The notes beneath the pieces are model-generated. The model ran no database searches and was not told the DNA's origin. It saw only the letters and a program-made list of their open reading frames with translations. DNA of 63,831 nt, counting the filler, from Reticulomyxa filosa (lineage: Eukaryota; Protista; Foraminifera), in NCBI GenBank assembly GCA_000512085.1. It is 17 parts of 17 records of this genome, joined end to end, with 100 filler letters (N's around TTAATTAATTAA, not from the genome) between each part and the next. Parts side by side here need not be neighbours in the genome. Positions count along the whole stretch, not along the records: positions 40,973 to 47,711 come from ASPP01009029.1; positions 47,812 to 49,758 come from ASPP01013851.1; positions 49,859 to 51,427 come from ASPP01028826.1; positions 51,528 to 54,153 come from ASPP01026533.1; 13 more parts are not named here. One strand, given 5' to 3'. Shown piece after piece: positions 40,873 through 52,951 of this stretch; the stretch's first letter is position 1; each line of letters begins with the position of its first letter. The position numbers and the translations under genes are program-made.

Positions 40873-41667
40873 NNNNNNNNNNNNNNNNNNNNNNNNNNNN
40901 NNNNNNNNNNNNNNNNTTAATTAATTAANNNNNNNNNNNNNNNNNNNNNNNNNNNNNNNNNNNNNNNNNNNNTTTTTTTTTTTTTTTTATTGACTTTTGC
41001 AAAAAGCTTAAACGCATGAGAGCAAAGGGAGTACGACGGAAAAACAAACAAGATATTACATGTCGGCCACCGTTGGAATAGTCAAAATTTCGTTGATCGA
41101 GATTATAGTTGCCACCTTCTTTTGAATGGACACAAACAAAAACCTTATATTACTACTTACAAGGGTAATCACAAAGACATCCCCGTCGCTTTTGTTTTCC
41201 GTTGTCCCAAACCTTTGCTCTTTCCTGGATAGTAACCTTGCGTTGAAAATGTTGTAAGACCTGAAGCGTTTCCTTGAAACTGCGTTTGCTGAGGTATGAA
41301 CTCCAAAAAGTTTGAGGATTGAAAAAATGATGACATAGAAGGTTTTAGGAAGGGAGTTTTGCTTTTTTTTTTTTTATGGACCGGCTGACTAAAAACTATA
41401 ATAAGAGTTTCAATTTTTTTGTCCCTACCGAAATACATTGCACAATTGAAACACTGGCAATTTTGCCATTAGTATGTTTTTGTCCAGTAAGCACAATATT
41501 AGTACAGGAGCTTGGTCCAAGGTAATTTTTTTTTTTTTTTTTTTGGAAATAGTATGTATATTGAAAAAAAAAAAAATCCATGCTTTGCAATTTCTGCAAC
41601 AAAGACGGATTAACCTTGGGAAAGAAAAAGCATTGATTAACTTGAGAAAAGAAATAAAAGAGTGGCA

Positions 41668-43623
41668 ATGTCACTGTGGGAGAAAATGTTCCGTCGCAAG
41701 CCGATAGAGCGACTGGTGGAAGTGACGGAGCGTCCGACAAGTATAATAGACGAGGAGCATGCAACAGGGAAGCTTCGTCGTGTGTTGGGAGTGACGGACT
41801 TGATAACATTTGGGATATCATCATGCGTGGGTTCAGGAATATTTGTGATAGCAGGCGTGGCGGGCAAGCATGCAGGAGCAGGTTTGTTTCTGTCGTTTAT
41901 AATCGGTGGCGTGAGCTGTTCATTTTCGGGTTTGTGTTACTCCGAATTTGCGACGCGAGTGCCCGTGTCCGGCAGCGCATACACGTACACATACTGTGCA
42001 TTGGGAGAAGTGTTAGCATTTTTAATCGGCTGGGACCTGACATTGGAATACGGGATCAGCGCAGCGACAGTGGCACAAGGATGGTCAGGTTATTTACGAA
42101 CATTGTTGTTGAGCTGTGGGGTCGAAGATAAGTATTTGCCATGGGTGTTATTTGGGAAATATGTGAACAGTTTTTTCACCATTAACATTATGTCCGGCAT
42201 TTTGATTGCACTTTGCACGATGCTATTAATGTATGGCGTACGCGAGTCCGCAAGATTCACGAATGTAATCACGGTATGGAATATTGTGCTGATTGTAGTA
42301 TACGTAATTGCAGGAGCGTTTTTTGTGGACACAAACAACTGGTATCATCCTTGCGATAATGCGTCGTATGGCACGAGGTGCAACAATAAAGGGAATGAAC
42401 ACAATAGCTTCTTTCCTCAGGGCTTTCGAGGGGTCGTCCGCGCAGCGGGCATTGTATTCTTCAGCTATGTAGGCTTTGATGCCGTCAGCTGCTTGGCCGA
42501 AGAAACACAAAACGTTCGCAAAAATATGGCGCTGGGCATTTTGGGAACGCTGGCCATTGCCACCACCTTGTACATTGGCGTGTCACTCGTGTTGCTGGGA
42601 ATGGTCCCGTTCACTGCCTTGGATGAACGGTCGCCATTAGCTAATGCCTTCGAGGTACATCATCAACCCGTTCTTGCTGCTATTGTCTCGTTTGGCGCAC
42701 TCACGACCACTTGTGCCACCACGCTCACCTCGCTCATTGGACAGCCGCGCATCTTCTATCGGATGGCCAAAGACGGCCTGTTCTTCCCCGTCTTTGCCAC
42801 TATCAATCCTCGCTTTCATACTCTTGTTCATGGCTCCTTGCTCTCTGGCACTATCGCTGCTTTGATCGGCACTTTTATCAATTTCGATTTGTTGGCACAA
42901 ATGATCTCCGTGGGCACTTTAATGGCTTATATTCTAGTTTCTTATTTTTTTATTATTATTATTTTTTTTTATTTTTTGATTTTTGTACTGCAATAAATAA
43001 ATATGTATGTATGTATGTACATGATTATAGATTTGTGGTGGTATCATAATCCTACGCTACCTTTATCTGTCACTGAATTATCGCATAGCGTGGTTGCAAC
43101 CAACTCCAAGTTGGTATGGATGGTTGTCTTGTATTCTCTGACGTGCATTGGAATTGGCTTTACGTTGGACCAGTTCACCTATACCACTGCAGACTGGGTT
43201 GTCTTGTCTCTTTTGATTGTTTGCGCCTTGACATGTTTTGCTTATTTTGTGTATGTTCATTACCATTGCAAAAATCCTTATATCACCAGCAATGTGTTCT
43301 TATGTCCGTGTTGTCCTTTCATCCCTGCTCTGGGCATTTTCACCAATTCTTATATGATTGCCTCTTTGGAGTGGGATTCCTTTGTCCGTGTCGTTGTATG
43401 GTTTCTTGTCGGGCTCTCGATTTACATCTTTTATGGCTCTAAGCACTCCACTCTAAATACTGTCACTGGCCTCGGCGCGAAAAGGACCCTTTCTCAATTC
43501 CCTCTCGTCACAAGCTCTTCTCTGGACGTTGGTAACGAGGCACAAGATGCAAATATTGAACTGGAGTCGTTGTCCTCTGACTCCAAACCTGCCAATACGG
43601 ATGGTGCTGTGGATGCTGAATGA
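41668..43623 (+). CDS. Cationic amino-acid transporter (APC superfamily, CAT/SLC7 type); apparent 1-nt frameshift near 43061
   Basis: Motifs GSGIF, YSEFATRVPVSGSAYTY, FFSYVGFD, QPRIFYRMAKDGL, GTLMAY|ICGGIIILRY (intron 42937..43030) and C-terminal CPCCPFIP...YIFYGSKHS. Confidence 0.93.
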
Positions 43624-44204
43624 CTTGTTTTACAAAACGTTTTTTGTCTCGCTATACATGGAAAAAGTTTAAAATAGAATGTGAAACGTGCATAACTTTT
43701 TTAAGGCTATTAATTGTTATTTAATAAACATCATTTCGTATCACAGTTGAGCCAGTTTCCATCCTGTTTTATGATCCATTGACAATACGTTAATGCGGAT
43801 ACACTAGTATTAGTTCGAAATTATAAAGATTACATGTTCTCCGGCAATAGGCGAACTTGTGATGTGAGGTTAATGTTGTCATAGATTTAAGGAAACATTG
43901 AAAATCTCTAAATTCAAATTTTTACAGCATTTATTGCTTACTTCAAAATATATTACTTAAACAATGTAAGCCCCACAAATTGATTAAAAACAAACAAAAA
44001 TTTGTTTAAATCTCGTCTTATTACAAAACGCCGTTTTAAGGCTATTTTTTTTCAAACATTATATAACAAAAGTGGAAAGGACAAACAAGAAAAAGACAAG
44101 TTTGGTGTCGACGAGGCATGCTTGCCTTCCTTTCTTTCATTTTAAATGCATGTATTACTTGAATATAATTTTGATAGTGCTCTTTGCAAAAAAGCTTATG
44201 TCTC

Positions 44205-46285
44205 TCAGTGATTAGAGAGGTAAACATCATCACTCAATCTTTTCACTTTTCTTTTTGCCCTCATTGTTTCCTCATGCGGTTCTCCAAATGTGGCACTGTA
44301 AGTTTTATATGCTTCTTCGTAATATATCAAAGCTATATCATTTTGATTTTTGTACTCAAATGCCATTCCTAAGTCCCAACAAGAAGTACCAACTATCTGA
44401 TCTGAGTATCCAAATATGCTTTTTCGAATATTCAATGCGTTCTTATAGCACTCAATCGCTTTATCATGTTGTTTATTATTTTTATAATTCGTTCCCAAAC
44501 TGTAATATGACCAAGCAACGTCAGCGTGATTGATATCGTGAGTATTTAATCGTATTTTTAATGAGAGTTCAAAATATTCTTTTGCATCTTGATAATCCTT
44601 TTGAGAACATGAGCACGCTAAGTTATAATATAATTGTGCGCCAAAGGGAAAGTTGACGCCATAGCTACCTATTATAACCCTTAGCGCTTTTTCAAAAGCA
44701 TGTATTGCACTATCATAATCTCGTTTGTTGTAATATCTCAGTCCAAGCATATTATAAGAGATGGCAACAAAAAGGTGATCAGCTCCAAGAGTGTCAATCG
44801 AAAATTGTAAATGTCTTTCCAAGTGATTAATGGATTTACTCAAATATCTGTCTTCGGTACACTTTTCTTCTTCGTATTCAATGGCACGCAGTTGTAATGG
44901 GACATCATGATGTATTTCCATGTTCCATTTGATAATAGAAAGGGACTGTCTCAATTGTTGATCGATCCTGGCATTCGCTGTAACAAATAATTGCGTTGTA
45001 ATCTTTGTATATCCCTTGCATTGGAGTTCACAATCAATGGCATATGCATTTCCGTCAATATTTATATCTTGCAATAGAATCGCTTTTCTTTTTATTACAC
45101 ACACAAGATAATCTTCAAAATCCTTTATATCATCTTCGATATTATTTACAAGATTCAAAAGTGAAGAAAGGTTATCATTTCTATTTTTCCACTTTAATGT
45201 ATTATACGCAACAACAATCAATCCCTGTTCATGTTCGCTTAGCATTGCTTTCACTATTTTCACCGCTTCTGCGTTTGCTTTTCTCCACAGTCTGTTCCAG
45301 TGATTTTTGAAATCCAAAGTTTCTGGAATATGATTCTTGTCACGCTTTAAAGGTTCATATTTGACATCGTAGGTATTTGTGTTCTGGATCTGTTCCTTTA
45401 AGAATGATCTCGGAACCAAATGAAGGGCAAAAGGAAGAGTCGAAGCAGTTTGAATAAGCTCCCTTCCCACTGTTTTATCGAACACGATTTGAATGGTCTG
45501 TTTAATTAGAAAATCAAAGGTCCCTTTGCTATCGCTTTCAATAAGTTGATACAATGCTTGAGCAAAGTTACTGCTTTTTCAATATCTTGATTATATTTTT
45601 TGGAACAATATGTCGAAGTTGTCACAAAAATGGCAAAGATGTCAGATTCGATAATATTGGATGGCTTGTTTCGTATTGTTTCATTGTCAGAATTAATCCT
45701 ATTCAAATGAAATATCTCTTCTCCTTTGTGTCCAATTTTTATAAATATCTTTGGTTTGCCAATAAAATAATCTGTCTTTTTCACAAAGTCGTTTTGAATG
45801 TCTTTGAGATGCTTTATCTTCCCATCACTTGTAATCAAAATGTTTTCATTTATTTCATTTGTTCCATACCCACACCACACAAAAATTAATCCATCATAAC
45901 CATTGACCTTGTTCTTTTCATTATCCAAACCATGTTGTAAAATGAAATTATTCAATTGATGCAAGGTAAGTGATTCGGTACTCGCATTTTGTGAATTGTA
46001 AGTGCTACACACTTCATAACCAAATTTTGATTGGAATAACGCTTCAAATATATAAAGTTCATGTCTCACGTTTTCTAGGTGTTGTCGTTGTTGTTCATAT
46101 TCAATTGCTCCAGCTAATAATATCAATGGATGTTTCATTGAATAAGATTGCAATCCTTGCTTTTTTATTTCACTTTCGTTGACTTCAACAGAACAATCAA
46201 TTCTCTTCTGTTCTGATGTCACGTCCGAGGGCATTACTGTACGCATTTTTGTTCCATCATTTACATAGACTTTGAATGACGACAT
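44205..46285 (-). CDS. Intronless pseudo-caspase (peptidase C14-like) + unknown domain + TPR-repeat protein; one frameshift at ~45575
   Basis: YDGLIFVWCGYG and GKPKIFIKIGHKG align with the caspase His and Cys motifs. The p10-like (G)SNFAQAL appears after a one-base shift. Four-plus 42-aa TPRs (e.g. HADVAWSYYSLG...ALNIRKSIFG) lie at the C-terminus. Confidence 0.75.
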
Positions 46286-46833
46286 TCCGCAAAGTGGTAA
46301 GCACCTAAAATTTCAACATTTTTTTTGTCCCATGGGAATGATCCTTTTTCGAGTTTGTAAACTTAAAGTTGTATTCAGATAATGACTTTTTTTTCTTTTT
46401 TTACCATTTCTTCAAGAATAATTAATTTTACAACAAAAAATACTAGTATTTCTTATAAACTATACTTTGTCTTGTTTTTTTTTGTGTGTTTTAAAAATAT
46501 TTAGCATTTTTGTTATTGTATTAATACTTTATAACTACTGTGTTAAGTAGTTCAAATGACAAAAAGCAATATCTAAAGATAGTTGAAAGTATTTAAATAA
46601 ATATAAAAATCAAGCTGTTAATTGTGCAAGTTTATATATATCTTAAAAAATCAGCGAAAATGTAACTTGCACGCACAATAGCGTCAAAACAAAAACCAGT
46701 AAAATTTGAAAACGCAAAAAACTGGTTAAAGTTTGTTTGGAAGAGGGGCAACTGTCTTTGTAAAAATCAAACTTAAAAAGTGGGTAGTGTTAACAGTGTA
46801 AAGATTCCTTGGTGTTGTGCCTTTCTCTAAGAC

Positions 46834-47510
46834 ATGTATTCAGCAACAATATTTTTTATAATCTGGACATGTGTGATTGAATTCGTTTGCTTGCCAATGG
46901 TGTGTTATCGCACGTACCGGCTTTGGCGGTTTCGAAGCACGATTTTTTTGAAAAAGCGGTACTATCCGATATTGCAAATGGTGTACATAATATTGATAAT
47001 AGACTTGGGATCAACAAGTTTATTATATTTTTCATCAGAAGTAATTCCAATGCCACCAATATGGGCTTTCTTGCTTGGAATAATATTTTATCCTATTTGT
47101 GACTTATCGACCAATGCTTGCATGTATGTACTGTTGTTGAGATATTGGATGGTATGTTTTGATTTGAACTATGCCTTGTTTCAATTGGATAATCAATGGA
47201 AATCGGGGATTAACAAAAAGTACCTGGAAAAAGAGAGTGAAAAGAAAATGTGGTATCACCGACACAGACATACGTTCGGAAATTATTCATGGATGAAACG
47301 GTTCACGGCTGTCGTATACGTAGTGCTTGCAACAGCGAGTGCTTTTCTTTCAGTTGGTAGGGTGGCAGAGAACCACGGTCGATTGCACACCAACTTTCTT
47401 GAAAACATATCCACTATATTCCAATACGTGCATACCGTACTGATCATGGTCGTGTGCTTTACTATTTATTCGCTCTCGCCTCGCTTTCAAGCACGCTGTT
47501 TATTAAGCGT
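46834..47510 (+). CDS. Multi-pass (7TM-like) membrane protein, exon 1; possibly 7TM-RGS type
   Basis: About five hydrophobic helices in 225 aa, with FLKKRY after TM1 and LLRYW after TM3. Truncated by an intron and the contig edge, so no RGS domain is visible. Confidence 0.6.
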
Positions 47511-47916
47511 TTCGCAAACATTTTTATTGCTATATATACATATATATATATACATGTATATATGTTTAAATTGGCGTGTGTATATATAAATATATAAAGA
47601 CAGTTGCTAATCTAAAAACTTAAAGATGATGTGTTTTTAAAAAATTTGGGGAGAGGAGAAAATGTTGCAAAAAAAAAAAAAAAAAACAAATTAGACTACA
47701 ATGTATACAAANNNNNNNNNNNNNNNNNNNNNNNNNNNNNNNNNNNNNNNNNNNNTTAATTAATTAANNNNNNNNNNNNNNNNNNNNNNNNNNNNNNNNN
47801 NNNNNNNNNNNAAAAAAAAAAAAAAAAAAAAGACCTTACAAATATATAATAGTACGTATATAATATGTTTATATTTGTGTATACGTTATACGGTCACAAA
47901 AAAAAAAAAACAAAAC

Positions 47917-49435
47917 ATCTGCCAAAGCGCAATGCAAGCATTCCTCAAATAATAAAAAGTACTCTGTCTTGATTCCCCATGAAGCATGTTGAATTCCCAA
48001 CATTTGAAGTGATTTTAAAACCGAAGCTTGGTCTGACTTTCTCAACAATCGTAACAACCATCCTGCCATATCCAAATACTTTAGAGCCTGAGTATCCACA
48101 TTTCCACGAATGAACAGGCGACGGGCCAAAGGAATTTTCTGGAACATATGGGAATACAGAAGCAATGAAAGTTCCTTTATAAGTACCATACATACATACA
48201 TGTATATAATATTATATGCTAGAAAGTTAGGTACATTATGTATTGTACATACATATAAATATATATACATGTATATATGGACTCACTTTCTTTGGATTTC
48301 TTGGCAAAATGTCGACGTTATCTTTCCAAAATACCCAGCAAATGTCGACCAATTCGGTGTTGAAAATATCCAACTGCGGCAAATTCTCAGGCTGATGGGC
48401 AGAATCGTGACTCTTGGCAAGTTCGGGCATATAAGTTTTGCGCAGGGAAGAGCCTTCGCTTTTGGAGTGGTTTTTTAAATGTTTCCGAGGGTTATGCACA
48501 AAGGATACGCGAACATTCTGCGGACGAGGATGAGCGGAGCGACTCTCGCTGGTTTTGTCAAACCTCATGGAGGCGGCGTGTCTGAGTCCGTCGGTATCGG
48601 CATCAGGGATGGGTGTGATAGTATTGGATTTGGAGATCGGGCTTTGGTTTCCGTTTTCAACGGGCGACGTGGTGACAAAACGAAAGCCTTCGGGACTGTC
48701 GTTGTTGTACAAAGCAAATGCATTTGGAACGCGGTTATCGGACGTAGGGAGTGTCACCTTTATCGCATTAGCGCTTATTCCTGTGCTCTCACTTTTTGTC
48801 TTCTTGTGGCTCATCGGACTGTTTGTGCGCTTTATGGCCGCATTGTCTAAGCCCGTGCCTACCACTCCTAGAGCAAACCTTTCCGTACCCAATGTCCCTT
48901 TCGTGCCCGTTGTCACACCTGCTCTTGAATACGTTTGTGCTGATGTCGTCGTTTTAATCTTTGGAATTCGCTCTTGTGTTCGCAAATTCGCATTTACCCT
49001 TTCTCTTTCTTTCCCTCTTTTTTGCATTCTTTTGTCCATTTCTTTTTCTTTTTCTTTTTCTTTTTTTTTTTTTTTGTTCTCCGTTTCTTTATTCTCAATT
49101 TCTTTGCTCTCGTTCTTTTCTTTCTCTCTTTTTTCTCTTTCTTTATGTCTTTCTCTTTCTCTCTCTCTTTCTTTTTGCTTCTCTTTTTCATTTTGCGAGT
49201 CCATGCCTATTTCTAATGTCGACGATTTTTCTATACTTGCGTTCTGCTGCTCTTCTTCTGATCTTTCTTCCATCGCTCCGCCACTCAGCGTAAATCCTTG
49301 GCCGATTGGCAGCGTTGCTGTGTATCCCAATATACCTTCGCCCGGACCTTTTGTACTCGACTTCCTTGCGAGTCCTAAGTCTGTTTGAGCCCTTCTGGCC
49401 ATCGTACTATCAAAGTCGCCAACGTTATTGCCCAT
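47917..49435 (-). CDS. Globin-domain protein with ~350-aa disordered N-terminal arm (3' truncated)
   Basis: Exon 1 is 49435..48287 and exon 2 is 48174..47917 (phase 0, GTGAGT..AG). 3/3 globin pattern: W in helix A, LYSHMF (B10 Y), P..RRLF (CD1 F), TQALK (E7 Q) and LGIQH (F8 H). Confidence 0.8.
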
Positions 49436-51751
49436 ATTCTTGTTGTTTTTATTTCTTTTCCTGTTTTCACTATTTTGTTCTTTTGCTTTTCAAAAATGAT
49501 TGCAGCATTTAATCAAAAAAAAATAAAACGTAATTCTCCTTCGTTCTTAGTTTGGCGAACTTGTTGGTCCCAAACAAATCTTTTGCAGAAGATAGAAGCG
49601 TCAAAACATAACTAATTTGCAAAAAAAAAAAAAAAATCGTGCAAATGTCAGTTACTCTCACAAGTTTTGTCTTAAATAAGGTCATTTTTTTTTTTTTTTT
49701 TGTTTAAAGAACTCGTCTTTCTATACTTCCATTTCAAAGTGGGGAGAGTACCAGAGATNNNNNNNNNNNNNNNNNNNNNNNNNNNNNNNNNNNNNNNNNN
49801 NNTTAATTAATTAANNNNNNNNNNNNNNNNNNNNNNNNNNNNNNNNNNNNNNNNNNNNAAATTTGAAATAAAACATCATAGTTGATATGGATATAAAAAA
49901 AAAAATAAGGAATATTTAAAATATGTAAAATAAAATATCTCATTACAGCAAATTGAAAATTCTTTTTAAAAAAATTTTATGCGAAGATAATGTAATGTTT
50001 CCCGAAAATAAATAAAAAAAAGGATTCTATATTCTTTTAAATCAAACATAGTTTGTTTTTTGAAAAATTGAAAATGTTTAAAGCTATTAACATTATGCAA
50101 ATTGATCTTTGGTATCTATCTATTTGCTTGTAAACATGAAATTATATCACTATACATTTATCATTTTATCTGATAGTTGAGCAATGAAGTTAATATATAA
50201 TATGTTATACATAAAAACGGTCATGCAAAATTTTCTTTTAGAAAAAAAAAACATAGTTGGTAAATGCACTCTTTGGAAAGATTTTAAATCTACAAATAAA
50301 ACTTTGCAATGTACCTCGAATGCTTATTGTAAATACAAACAAATCAAAAATTAGCTCTTCTTTCACACATTTTGACTGACAAAGAAAAATAAGAAATACG
50401 GCGGGATATTTTCTTTACTGAGTTACATTTTGAAGGGAAAATGTTGCTGAGATGTTGGTATTACACTGAATTTTTGTTCTCCCTTTTTGTGTTTTTGGAA
50501 ATTATTGGGACAAGGATAAAGTACATTCAAATGTTAATATTTTGTACTTTTGAGAGATTAGATGAACAATGGAAAAGCATTCATCCATTTGATTTTCTTT
50601 TATTGTTTCACCACAACAAAATCATTACTACCTTTTTCTTGAACGTATTTATGAACTAATCGCATATTTGCAAAAAAAAAAGTAATTTTAAAGAGAACTC
50701 TTTGTCATAAAAAAAATTTAAAAAATCAATGATTCAGTCTGGAAATGATTCGTAAACTATTGATTGGAATTGTTTGAAAAAAATAATTCATATTTAATTG
50801 TATGTTTTTGTTCATTTAAATTACCCATTTTCTATATAAGTTCAATAAGATAGAAAGTTTTTGGTTCTAAATATTTTCTCATAAAAAAATTTTATATAAT
50901 TCAAATATTTATACTTGTAATCCAAAGCAAATATTCTTTCAAATCAAAAATAAATTGAAAAGATTATGCCTTAACATTTTACAAAACAAAAAATACTTAT
51001 CTCTAATTACAAAGTTTATTTATTGACCCTTCGTGAACATCATCTCAAAAAAAAAGAAGATACTTTAGCTTAGTAATGAAAGTTTCGTTTAAGTTGTTTT
51101 TTTAGGTTTTTATTAATATTGTTTTTCTCATTTTGCTTTATGATTGAAACAGTCAAAAGAAGAAGAGGTCCAAATTTTACTATTAATTTTAATAACGTGT
51201 TATAAGATCACAAAAATACAATCTAATTTTTTTCAAGGTGCAGTTTTCATTTATTATGGTTTTCAATTCTTTAAAAAACATTGAATGCAAAACAAATCCT
51301 TCGATACTTGCATTCAATCAAATCAAACAAGTTTAACATCACATTACTTTCCTTTAATCAAACTTTTCAAACAAAAACACCTTACTTCTTGTTCAACAAA
51401 AAAGTTAATTATCCCCAAATACGAATGNNNNNNNNNNNNNNNNNNNNNNNNNNNNNNNNNNNNNNNNNNNNTTAATTAATTAANNNNNNNNNNNNNNNNN
51501 NNNNNNNNNNNNNNNNNNNNNNNNNNNGCCATAATTACAGTGACTCGGTGTTTTAAATATTCAAATTGATACCATAAATATGATAAAAATAATAACAAAT
51601 CAACCAATAATGCATCTGTCAGTCTGGTTCAAGACGCAAAAAAAAAAACTAACTTTAAGTTTGGCAAACAATTTAAAACAGAAAAAAGTGGTCATTTTTC
51701 ACAAATATAACTGAAATAGATGTCCAGTGTAAAAGCCAATCAATGCCGTTC

Positions 51752-52951
51752 TTACGATTGAGCAGAGTAAATAGAAATGGAAGATGGTCTCTGCAGTTTG
51801 TAGGGGGAGTTGTGATTCGACAAGAACATTTGAATTATCTTCCTTACTTTTTTCTGTTTTCTTTTTTTTTTCCAGTTTAATTCGACTCTCAACTGCAAAT
51901 AATTTCTTTTTATTTTTGTACAGCTTTGACAGATAGAATAAATAGCATACAGAAATAAATCCGCACGCAGCAACAATATAGCTAGATTTTTCATTGTTTC
52001 AGAGATATCAAAAACAACTAGTTTTGTGAGTTTAAAGATAAAGGCTTTTAAGCCTAATTTAAAAAATGAAAGCTTTTCAACTTTATTGTCTTAATTAATG
52101 CGCCGTCAAAAGTAGGACCAATTTTCCCAAGAATCCAAGGTAGGTCTAATAGTATTAACAGGAGAGATAAATACAATTTAAATTTCAAATTAAGTGCAAA
52201 AAATAATTGCCAGTATTTTGGGTTTTCGAGAGGATTTGGATCATTTTTCCATTTGGGGTCATTTTGAAAGCATGCAATGATGCGTTGTTCATTCATTAGA
52301 CCAACTAAGTTTTGCTTCTTTTTGAAGAAGATATTCGGTTTAATCCCGTATAATACACTTGAAACTTTTGCATCTCCCAACTTGGGTAGTACTGGCGCGG
52401 GATTGTCCTTTGGTTTTTTGAAGTAAAAAGGGACCACATATTTAAAGTGAGTTAAAAAAAACAGTCTTTCTAGTACCAAAAAGACGTGTATGAGAACAAA
52501 AAAGAAACAATATCTGCACGAAACTATTTCCTTCTTTTGTGTGCTGTGATCATCAGAGTTTTTACGCTCCAAACTGTCGTTGTCGTTCTTAGAAATAACA
52601 GACACTTGTGACAGCTCTGTGTCAACGCTTATCGCTTGATTTGGACAGTGTCTCTCGGGTGCTGTCGCTTTTTGACTTTTCGGTGTTGTCTGCTTACTTT
52701 TTTTTAACGTGCGAAAAACGAAAAAACTCCGTAATTTTCAATGCACAAATGTATACACACCGTGTTTCGATAACAGGTTTGTGATTTAATGAAGTGGTTA
52801 CACTTTTGGACAAATTAAAGCGTGGCTTTCTCCTATTTTTAACAATGGAGGCCGAAGATAAAGCAGTATCTGATGCCCTTCTTACAAGAACTGATGAGTT
52901 ATTTGCTTGTGTAGACAGCAAATTTGGTGAAGATTGTACATTACTTGTCAT
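51752..52951 (-). CDS. Hypothetical multi-exon protein
   Basis: The ATG ORF 52694..52951 is followed by collinear exon-like blocks down to ~51752, separated by short A/T-rich introns. No family recognised. Confidence 0.5.

Noticed and set aside
18972-49435. G-alpha, G-alpha-like, 7TM and globin genes as one signalling cluster
   Set aside because: They lie on different contigs joined artificially, so their proximity is not evidence.
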